This document shows, piece after piece, positions 24,841 to 32,000 of a stretch of DNA of 32,000 nt. This DNA is from an uncultured archaeon (GTDB taxonomy: Archaea; Iainarchaeota; Iainarchaeia; Iainarchaeales; JAAZKV01), in NCBI GenBank assembly GCA_964551375.1, contig CAZKBG010000001.1, forward strand, positions 600,001 to 632,000. Direction: 5' to 3'. The position numbers were made by a program, and so were the translations under genes. How positions within the stretch are numbered: the stretch's first letter is position 1; every line of letters begins with the position of its first letter. The notes beneath the pieces are model-generated. The model had not been told where the DNA came from, did not search any database, and saw only the letters and a program-made list of their open reading frames with translations.

Positions 24841-26112
24841 TTAATCAGCCAAAATACGAATAACTTTGCCAATTAAGTAATGCGTCCTAACTTCCTCAAT
24901 CCTTGCAACAACAAACTTTCCAAAACCCTCTCTTACAAACACAGTATTGTACTCATCAGTCCGCGCATTAAACCCGTTTTTTGCCTTCTCTGAGACAAGA
25001 CAACGCACTTCTTTTCCAACAAGATGCTTGTTTTTATCAGAAAATAAGTCATTACAGAACTTTGTAAGAAGCCTGCTTCTGTCTTTCTTCTCCCCTTCAG
25101 TAAGCTGCCCACCCATCTTTTCAGCAGGAGTTCCTTTTCTTTTCCCAAATCTTGAAATATTCACGATATCAGGCTTAACTTTCTTTAAAACTTCAAGAGT
25201 TTTCTCAAAATCCGAATCTGTTTCTCCCGGAAACCCCACAATAATATCAGTTGCAATTGTAATGCTTGGAATTACTTTCCTTGCATAACTTACACATTTT
25301 AAAAAATCATTCACAGAGTACCCGCGGTTCATTGATTTAAGTATTTTATTCGAACCTGATTGAAGAGGAAGGTGCAAAAACTTGTATACTCTTTCATCTC
25401 TCATTAAAGGAAGAAGATTTGACTTGATTTTTTCAAAATGATTCGGATTCATCATCCCAAGACGTATCCTATAATTTCCTTTATTTTGCAAAAGTACTCC
25501 CAGCAATTTAGGAAGAGAAGAGTTAATATCAAAACCATAACATCCAAGGTCCTGAGAAGTAAGCCAGAATTCTTTTGAAGCGTGAGAGGATTTACTTTTC
25601 TTTAATGCATTTACAAAAGCAACATTAATACTTTTTGGAGAGTAGGAGTAAAGCTGTTTTCTCGCAATTCTTGCAGAACAATAAGAGCACGCACCAAGAC
25701 AGCCTGTGGAAGCAGGAATTATTGAAATAAATTCCCTGCCTTTAATCGGATTAATTTTGGGAGAGAAATTTTGTTCTTTAATTCCAAGAGCTCGGCACAA
25801 TGACGCAAGTGAATTATCAAGCACAATAATTTCTTTACTCAATTTTGCGACTGATTCATGCTGCGCGCCCGCAAGGCACCCTGTCACAAAAAGCTTTGCA
25901 GAAGACTTTTTGTTTTCAAAAAGAAACTTAATTCGCGAAATCATCCGCTGTTCAGTCGTCTGCTTCACGGAACAAGTATTTATTATTACAAAATCTGCTT
26001 TTTTGAAATCATCAACCTTAGAAAAGCCGTTTTCAAACAAAAACCCCGCCGCAGACTCAGTTTCAGCAATATTAAGCGAGCAACCATACCCTTCTATAAA
26101 AAAACTTTTCAT
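24841..26112 (-). CDS. MiaB-like/CDKAL1-type radical SAM tRNA methylthiotransferase (t6A to ms2t6A)
   Basis: 423 aa; FIEGYGCSLNIAETE, VINTCSVKQTTEQRMISRI, VTGCLAGAQ, radical SAM CLGACSYC, TDIIVGFPGETDSDF, C-terminal TRAM-like region. Confidence 0.92.
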   Translation of the reverse strand: MKSFFIEGYGCSLNIAETESAAGFLFENGFSKVDDFKKADFVIINTCSVKQTTEQRMISRIKFLFENKKSSAKLFVTGCLAGAQHESVAKLSKEIIVLDNSLASLCRALGIKEQNFSPKINPIKGREFISIIPASTGCLGACSYCSARIARKQLYSYSPKSINVAFVNALKKSKSSHASKEFWLTSQDLGCYGFDINSSLPKLLGVLLQNKGNYRIRLGMMNPNHFEKIKSNLLPLMRDERVYKFLHLPLQSGSNKILKSMNRGYSVNDFLKCVSYARKVIPSITIATDIIVGFPGETDSDFEKTLEVLKKVKPDIVNISRFGKRKGTPAEKMGGQLTEGEKKDRSRLLTKFCNDLFSDKNKHLVGKEVRCLVSEKAKNGFNARTDEYNTVFVREGFGKFVVARIEEVRTHYLIGKVIRILAD

Positions 26113-26220
26113 TTAAAACCAACTTCAAACAGGCTTTCTTAAAATGAATGACAAAAACTGCTAATAAAAGCTATTTAAAAAAAACAAAAACTTAAAATGC
26201 AATTAAAAAATCAAAAAACC

Positions 26221-26886
26221 TTAGTCCGCTTCATTTGCATACTTTTTATAAAGACCGTAAACAAAAAACGGAAGCCAAGCAGCAATTACGCCAAGCATAA
26301 ACGACAAAAACATGCTTTTTCTAAGTTCAGGCCAGAAGGCAACAGGAATATACTGCGAAACAGTCTGCGCTCCGCTGTTCTGCGCCTGAGCCAAAAGCTC
26401 CTGATTTACTTTCTGAACAGTTGTGTAACAATCATTCACTGAATTCTCTGAAAAGCAAAATGAAACTGTGTACTTAACCCCGCCTCTTGAATTCAAATTT
26501 GCTGATTCGCCTGTGTAAAAGCTCAAGTTGATGTAATAACCAAGAACAAGAACAAGAATTGCGATTACTAAAAACCAAATTGAGTACGCTTCTTTTGAAT
26601 CAAAATAATCATTCCACCACTTCATCGCAAAATATGCCAAAATAAATCCCGCAATCGGAGCAAAGAAATACATTAATGAATTCCATGCGTCAAAAGGGAA
26701 AAATAAACCAACAATCGGAACTCCGCTAAGCCCGCTTAAAGCGCCGCTCGCCATGCATCCAGAACCATTGACAGGATTAGTGCATGCTCCGCCAATAACC
26801 CACAAAATCAAATAAGAAACCACAAACCATGCTACAATAATCAGAATAAAATTCTTATTTTCCCACAGTTCAGCCAAGTTAAGCAC
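26221..26886 (-). CDS. Membrane protein with Cys-containing loops, unknown function
   Basis: 221 aa; N-terminal TM then ACTNPVNGSGCMASG, several TMs, an exposed loop VSFCFSENSVNDCYTTV, and a C-terminal TM. Confidence 0.7.
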   Translation of the reverse strand: MLNLAELWENKNFILIIVAWFVVSYLILWVIGGACTNPVNGSGCMASGALSGLSGVPIVGLFFPFDAWNSLMYFFAPIAGFILAYFAMKWWNDYFDSKEAYSIWFLVIAILVLVLGYYINLSFYTGESANLNSRGGVKYTVSFCFSENSVNDCYTTVQKVNQELLAQAQNSGAQTVSQYIPVAFWPELRKSMFLSFMLGVIAAWLPFFVYGLYKKYANEAD

Positions 26887-26969
26887 CTTTACAATACAAC
26901 GAATAAGTCAATGATGAGTTTTTAACTATTACCATGCGTTCATATTTAGAAACTGTTTAGATGATTATT

Positions 26970-27935
26970 ATGACTCAAATGGAACTCCCATGGGTGGAAA
27001 AGTACAGGCCTGCTACGCTAAAAGATGTTATCGGGCATGAAGAAATAACATCAAGACTGCAGAGCTATGTTGACAAAAGAAATCTTCCAAACATGCTATT
27101 TAGCGGACCCGCAGGGACAGGAAAAACAAGCTCAAGCATTGCGCTTGCAAAAGAATTATTCGGCGCAAACTTTGAACAAAACTTTTTGGAACTGAACGCA
27201 TCTGACGACAGAGGAATTGATGTAGTAAGAAACACCATCAAAGATTTTGCCAGAACTCTTGCATTTGACTCGGGATTTAAAATAATTTTCCTTGATGAGT
27301 GCGACGCTCTGACTCCTGATGCGCAGCAGGCACTGCGAAGAACTATGGAAAAATACACAAAAACCTGCAGATTTATTCTTTCATGCAATTACTCAAGCAA
27401 AATACTCGAACCCATCCAGAGCAGATGCGTAATTTACCGATTTAAGCCTCTGAGCGCAAAAGACGTTGAAAAACAAGTGACCGTAATAGCCGAAAAAGAA
27501 AAAATTCACATTGATGAAAAGGCAATCAAAGCAATTAATTATGTAAGCCAGGGCGATTTGAGAAAAACAATTAATATTTTGCAAGCTGCTGCGACAATTG
27601 AGAAAAAAATAACTGAAGACGGGATATACAGCGTTTCAAGCAAAGCAAGACCTGAACAGGTTCAGGAAATGATACTACTCGCGCTAAAAGGAAAATTCCT
27701 TGAAGCAAGAAAAAAACTTGAAGAATTAATGTATGAACAGGGAATGAGCGGGGAAGATGTGATAATGCAGCTTTATAGAGAAACAATGGCGCTAAGCGAA
27801 GAAGAGCTCCCTGACAAAATCAAAATCGAGCTTGTTGATACAATCGGAGAATATGATTTTAGAATAGTTGAAGGCGCAAATGAAAGAATACAACTCGAAG
27901 CGCTTCTTGCGCAGTTCATGAAATACAAAAAATAA
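26970..27935 (+). CDS. rfcS: Replication factor C small subunit
   Basis: ORF annotated from 26961; METHIONINES also at 26970 and 26979 (MELPWVEKYRP). MLFSGPAGTGKTSSSIALAKELFG, IIFLDECDALTPDAQQALRRTMEKY, CNYSSKILEPIQSRCVIYRF. Confidence 0.96.
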   Translation: MTQMELPWVEKYRPATLKDVIGHEEITSRLQSYVDKRNLPNMLFSGPAGTGKTSSSIALAKELFGANFEQNFLELNASDDRGIDVVRNTIKDFARTLAFDSGFKIIFLDECDALTPDAQQALRRTMEKYTKTCRFILSCNYSSKILEPIQSRCVIYRFKPLSAKDVEKQVTVIAEKEKIHIDEKAIKAINYVSQGDLRKTINILQAAATIEKKITEDGIYSVSSKARPEQVQEMILLALKGKFLEARKKLEELMYEQGMSGEDVIMQLYRETMALSEEELPDKIKIELVDTIGEYDFRIVEGANERIQLEALLAQFMKYKK

Positions 27936-27964
27936 ATTTATTTTCTTAATTTTCTAAAATAAAA

Positions 27965-28558
27965 CTATTTTTTATTTTTTCTCCTTAGGACAAGATTTTT
28001 TCTCATCCTTCTTTTAGCAGCTCTTTCTTTTACAATCCACAAATAATTTGCTCTTTCTGATTTGTAATGCGCAAGCATCTCAGCGCGCGTAGCCAGAACA
28101 AATTGGGGCTTAACTTTTAACATCCTGCCAAGCAGAAGCGCATGAATTCCGCCCACGAGAACAACTTCAGGCTTGATTCTCTTAATTGATTTAGCCATTA
28201 CTTTTGTTCTTACATGGTCAATTACATAATTTCCCTTTTGAGTATGTCTTGGGTCGACAAAAAAAGCGTTTTTCACTGTTTTCATCGCAACTCTATCGCC
28301 TTTTGAAGTATCAAGCCCGACTAATTGGATTTTCTTCTCTCCAAAAATATTTCTTCTTTCATAAAGAGCATGTTTTAGCGATACCACAAAAGGCAAATGC
28401 TCTCCGTCAAAAGGAACTCGATTAATCCACTTCTTATTCGGCTCAAGAGCAACAACAACATTATCAGATTTTGAAGCCGCAACTTCTTTTGCAATCAAAT
28501 CAGCAACTGCATTAATTTCTTCGCTTGTTCCATTATGCCATGTTCCAAAAAGCTTCAT
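27965..28558 (-). CDS. Uncharacterised protein, possibly a divergent TraB/ChaN-like fold, with highly basic C-terminus
   Basis: ORF open to 28603; the likely start is ATG at 28558 (MKLFGTWHNGTSEEINAVADLIAKEV). Contains VVLVGGIHALLLGRML and the tail KRRMRKNLVLRRKNKK. Confidence 0.6.
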   Translation of the reverse strand: MKLFGTWHNGTSEEINAVADLIAKEVAASKSDNVVVALEPNKKWINRVPFDGEHLPFVVSLKHALYERRNIFGEKKIQLVGLDTSKGDRVAMKTVKNAFFVDPRHTQKGNYVIDHVRTKVMAKSIKRIKPEVVLVGGIHALLLGRMLKVKPQFVLATRAEMLAHYKSERANYLWIVKERAAKRRMRKNLVLRRKNKK

Positions 28559-28593
28559 ACAATCACTAATAAATGATTCATACTTAATAAAAA

Positions 28594-29841
28594 TCAAAAC
28601 CACTGGCTTAATCTTGTCTGGGATTTAAAATGTTCGATTAACGCTGATTTGTTTTTATACTGCTCAATTGGGACAGTTAGTTTTTTTGAAAGAAACTCAA
28701 GCGCCAAATCAAAATTTGTAAACTCAAGAGGCTTCTCTTTTAACGCAGCTCTTACGTTTTCCCTAATCTGCCAAACGCCAAGCGGAACAGCATAATCTTT
28801 TCCAATTTCCCTAAAAACAATTGCCGCGGAATTTAATTTATTCTGCATCAAATACTCCGCAACCGCAAGACGCGAAGCAAAATAAGCTCCTTCAGTTTCA
28901 TCAGGATAACCTTTAAGCCCCGTGTTAAGCTCATGATCGGCTAAAACATTATAAGTAGTCGCCCCTTGAGTCCAAATTCCTCCAGGAAGCCAGCACTCAA
29001 TCTGCTCAAAACTCCAAGGATAAGGAAGCAACAGCACCCAAAAATCATTATCCAAATACTTTGAGTGAAATAATCTAAAAGTATCAAGAACTGTGTGCTG
29101 AGAAATCTTTTCCTCAATAAAATATTTTGAAATATTTGAATCAACCGCAGTAATGCTCCACCTTGTAGGAACAAGCTTTCTATTCTTTTTCACTCCAAGC
29201 GCCCCGCTTGAAAGAACTTTTGCAAGAGTTGAAACCGCAAAACCTTTATTGAACAAATCAATCAGCGCAGTGTTTGATTTTGCATCAGTATCAGAGGTAT
29301 AATAATCAAGCTCTTTAGGAATTTTCGGATTCTCAAGAAGGCTTACTTTGTCAAGCTTTGCGCTCGGACCAAGAGGGGCTGTAAAAGAATCAAATGAAAC
29401 ATCATTTTTCGGCTTCTCGGCAAGATTCACTTCAAGCTCAAATAAATTTGAGGACATTGCAATTTCCTGAAAATCCAAAAGCTCATAACTTGGATCGCTT
29501 GCAAGCGACACGGGCATCGTCTTATACGAGCGGAGAAGAGACTCTCTAAAAGAAATTATTTTCTCCTGCGGCAAGCCGTACCACTTTTCAGGCAAATCAC
29601 TCACTTCACTTACTTCATTAGGAAGCGCTGATAATGGAGCTACTGCGACTTTTGGATAATTCTGCCATGAAACAAAAAACCCAGGAGGGGAGGCGCCTAC
29701 AAAATTAGTTCCATGCATTGAAGAAATTATTTTTGTATGAGAAGCATTCTTCTCAAGAATCGGGCACTTAGAAAGCCCGCACAATAATTTTCCCTTGCAC
29801 TTAATGCATAATTCAGGCGAAATCACAAAACCACAAACCAT
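28594..29841 (-). CDS. nreA: NreA-family DNA repair protein with N-terminal Cys motif and C-terminal PIP box
   Basis: ORF open to 29928; the likely start is ATG at 29841 (MVCGFVISPELCIKCKGKLLCGLSKCPIL). GTNFVGASPPGFFVSWQNYPKVAVAPL, and C-terminal QTRLSQWF matching a PCNA-interacting QxxLxxWF motif. Confidence 0.87.
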   Translation of the reverse strand: MVCGFVISPELCIKCKGKLLCGLSKCPILEKNASHTKIISSMHGTNFVGASPPGFFVSWQNYPKVAVAPLSALPNEVSEVSDLPEKWYGLPQEKIISFRESLLRSYKTMPVSLASDPSYELLDFQEIAMSSNLFELEVNLAEKPKNDVSFDSFTAPLGPSAKLDKVSLLENPKIPKELDYYTSDTDAKSNTALIDLFNKGFAVSTLAKVLSSGALGVKKNRKLVPTRWSITAVDSNISKYFIEEKISQHTVLDTFRLFHSKYLDNDFWVLLLPYPWSFEQIECWLPGGIWTQGATTYNVLADHELNTGLKGYPDETEGAYFASRLAVAEYLMQNKLNSAAIVFREIGKDYAVPLGVWQIRENVRAALKEKPLEFTNFDLALEFLSKKLTVPIEQYKNKSALIEHFKSQTRLSQWF

Positions 29842-29971
29842 TTTTTTTAAATAACTGCCTAAGTATAGGGGACTTGCAAGAATAAAACATTTTGCATAAC
29901 CCCTATCAAAAGTTATTATTTTTCCCACGCAATAAATAGATTTTTATTATAGTGTGCTACTCAATTGTTGC

Positions 29972-30397
29972 ATGGCATTTAGAGACATAGTAACAGCTGC
30001 AAAAAAACCGGCAGTATACAGGGCGCCTCCAACACCTTTGCCAAGCAATACTGCAAATATTATTGACGCTGAAGCGCAAGTAGAAGCACTGCAGGAAAAA
30101 GCACACGACGGCGAAACAGTAGTTCCACACGTTGAAAAAAAGGACATTTCTTACAAAGACTCTGAAATCACAGGATTTGTTCCAAAACCAAGAACTGCCT
30201 CGAGAAACGCGCAGGTAAGCTCGGCTCACGGAAGCATTATTAGAAACATTGCCGCAGAATCTGACAGATCTTCCCAGTTAGGCGCAACTACAAGCTGGCA
30301 GGAATGCACGCACAGAAAAGAAGGTTTTGGAAGAGATTACTGCAAAGAGTACCATTCAATTTGCTACAAGGAAAAATGCAGCAGAGCAAGAAAGTAA
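29972..30397 (+). CDS. Small uncharacterised protein with Cys-rich C-terminus
   Basis: ORF from 29954; likely ATG at 29972 (MAFRDIVTAAKKPAVYRAPPTPLPS). C-terminus ECTHRKEGFGRDYCKEYHSICYKEKCSRARK. The antisense ORFs lack such features. Confidence 0.6.
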   Translation: MAFRDIVTAAKKPAVYRAPPTPLPSNTANIIDAEAQVEALQEKAHDGETVVPHVEKKDISYKDSEITGFVPKPRTASRNAQVSSAHGSIIRNIAAESDRSSQLGATTSWQECTHRKEGFGRDYCKEYHSICYKEKCSRARK

Positions 30398-30419
30398 GTT
30401 TACACTAATTCAATCCTTT

Positions 30420-30434
30420 GCCGGACTTGCCGGC
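30420..30434. other. Short hairpin GCCGG-ACTTG-CCGGC downstream of the 147-aa ORF
   Basis: Perfect 5-bp stem with 5-nt loop followed by ctttacc; the only GC-rich element in the gap. Confidence 0.35.
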
Positions 30435-30532
30435 CTTTACCAAGAAAAACAATCCATAGTGATAACTGGCTAACTTAAAGAGAGGCGAAGCTAACTTACA
30501 ATCTTTTAAGCTTTTTTGAACAGGATTTAGTT

Positions 30533-32000
30533 ATGTGTAACGAGGAAAACAACTATTATGACAAATTCTGGCACACAGCAGCGCACGTGTTTGCAAATGC
30601 CCTCGTTGAACTTTACCCTAACGCAAAAATCGCAATCGGACCGCCGATTGAGCAGGGATTTCATTATGATTTTGAACTTGAAGAAAATCTTGACGCAAAA
30701 GCTCTTGAAAAAATTGAAGCAAAGATGAAAGAAGTGCTGGCCAGAAAGGAAAAAATGGTCCGAGGAGAAATGACAATAGACGAAGCGCTTGAAACTTTCA
30801 AAAACAATCCTTACAAAGTTGAAATGATAAAAGACCTTGCAGCCGCAGGCGAGACAAAGATTGGAACTTACACAAACGGCAAGTTCATGGACATGTGCAA
30901 AGGACCGCATATTGATTCAATAGAAGAAATCGGAGCAATAAAATTACTAAAAGTGTCAGGCGCGTACTGGAAAGGAAATGACAAAAACAAAATGCTGCAA
31001 AGAGTTTACGGAATTGCATTTAAGACACAAAAAGAACTTGATGAATTCTTGGAAATGAGAAAAAAAGCCGAAGAAAATTCTCATGTTAAACTTGGAAAAG
31101 AACTTGATCTTTATTTACTAAGCGAAGTTGTGGGAAAAGGACTTCCGCTCTTTACTCCACGCGGAGCAATGATGATGCAAGTACTGCAAAGATTCATTGA
31201 AGACGAGGAAACAAAGAGAGGATACTTAAGAACACGAACTCCAGTAATGACAAAGGCGGAGCTTTACAAAATTTCAGGACACTACACGCACTTCAAAGAA
31301 AATATGTTCCAATTAGACATTGAAGGAAACGAATATTTCCTAAGGCCAATGACATGCCCCCACCAATACATGGTGTACAAAGCAAAACAATACAGCTACA
31401 GAGACATGCCAGTAAGACTTGGCGAAGTAGCGCAGTTATTTAGAAAAGAGCAGAGCGGCGAACTTCACGGAATAGTAAGAGTATGGCAGTTCACATTAAA
31501 CGATGCTCACTTAATATGCCGAGACGACCAGTTGGAAGCAGAAATAAACTCCACAATTGATTTAGTCCAGTACTGCATGAAGAAACTCGGCATCAAAGAC
31601 TACTGGTACAGATTCAGCAAATGGGACCCTAAAAACAAAGAAAAATATATTGACAACCCGGCAATGTGGGAAAAATCACAAGCAATACTAAAAACAGTTC
31701 TTGATAAATCAAAAATGAAATATGTCGAAGCTGATAACGAAGCCGCATTCTACGGACCAAAAATTGATATCCAGGCAAAAAATGTTTACGGAAAAGAAGA
31801 CACATTATTCACAGTGCAGGTAGATTACGCTGCGGCAGAGAAATTTGACATGACTTATATCGACAAAGATGGAGCTAAACAGCGCCCAGTAGTAATACAC
31901 AGAGCAGCAGTAGGATGCCTTGAAAGAACCGTGGCATTCATACTTGAACAAACAGGCGGGAACTTGCCGTTCTGGCTTGCTCCTGAACAGATAAGAATAA
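30533..32000 (+). CDS. thrS: Threonine--tRNA ligase, bacterial-like architecture, C-terminal part beyond the window edge
   Basis: ATG at 30533: MCNEENNYYDKFWHTAAHVFANALVELYPNAKIAIGPPIEQGFHYDFELEE...DMCKGPHIDS...YFLRPMTCPHQYMVYK...RLGEVAQLFRKEQSGELHGIVRVWQFTLNDAH...NEAAFYGPKIDIQ...RPVVIHRAAVGCLERTVAFILE. Open to position 32000. Confidence 0.95.
   Translation, partial: MCNEENNYYDKFWHTAAHVFANALVELYPNAKIAIGPPIEQGFHYDFELEENLDAKALEKIEAKMKEVLARKEKMVRGEMTIDEALETFKNNPYKVEMIKDLAAAGETKIGTYTNGKFMDMCKGPHIDSIEEIGAIKLLKVSGAYWKGNDKNKMLQRVYGIAFKTQKELDEFLEMRKKAEENSHVKLGKELDLYLLSEVVGKGLPLFTPRGAMMMQVLQRFIEDEETKRGYLRTRTPVMTKAELYKISGHYTHFKENMFQLDIEGNEYFLRPMTCPHQYMVYKAKQYSYRDMPVRLGEVAQLFRKEQSGELHGIVRVWQFTLNDAHLICRDDQLEAEINSTIDLVQYCMKKLGIKDYWYRFSKWDPKNKEKYIDNPAMWEKSQAILKTVLDKSKMKYVEADNEAAFYGPKIDIQAKNVYGKEDTLFTVQVDYAAAEKFDMTYIDKDGAKQRPVVIHRAAVGCLERTVAFILEQTGGNLPFWLAPEQIRI

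Noticed and set aside
24933-26142. + strand ORFs (113, 136, 94 aa) antisense to the methylthiotransferase gene
   Set aside because: The opposite strand has a complete radical SAM/MiaB-like domain architecture; the antisense ORFs have no motifs.
30527-30910. 127-aa ORF antisense to the start of thrS
   Set aside because: Overlaps strongly supported ThrRS coding sequence; Phe/His/Cys-rich antisense artefact.
1-32000. CRISPR arrays, transposons, integrases, toxin-antitoxin or restriction genes
   Set aside because: No regularly spaced repeats, transposase/integrase motifs or recognisable defence genes were seen on reading either strand.

Overview
This 32-kb window is an archaeal chromosomal segment, probably from a small-genome DPANN-type lineage (taxonomy is inferred from gene content only). 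It is almost fully coding, with short intergenic gaps. I saw no rRNA, tRNA, CRISPR array, transposase or prophage. It is rich in replication, repair and information-processing genes: the N-terminal part of the replication factor C large subunit at the left edge (missing from the ORF track because it is truncated), Orc1/Cdc6, topoisomerase I, replication factor C small subunit, NreA-like repair protein with a C-terminal PCNA-interaction motif, a Cdc48-type AAA+ ATPase, PheS/PheT, ThrRS, YchF, two Lrp/AsnC-like regulators, an MtaB-type methylthiotransferase, a DedA protein and a site-2 protease-like protein. The items most worth following up are: (1) a pair of uncharacterised genes beside orc1/cdc6, one with a tandem YABBY/HMG-like 'SxYNxFI...A...W' repeat and both sharing a paralogous domain; (2) a compact cluster of six small type IV pilin-like proteins with class III signal peptide-like N-termini; (3) an ATP-cone/NrdD-like protein that appears to lack the glycyl-radical region; (4) a stand-alone NFACT-R protein lacking NFACT-N; (5) an orphan 461-aa protein upstream of cdc48; (6) a 14-bp hairpin in an AT-rich intergenic region, and inverted repeats at several promoters. 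I found no unambiguous new defence or mobile system.
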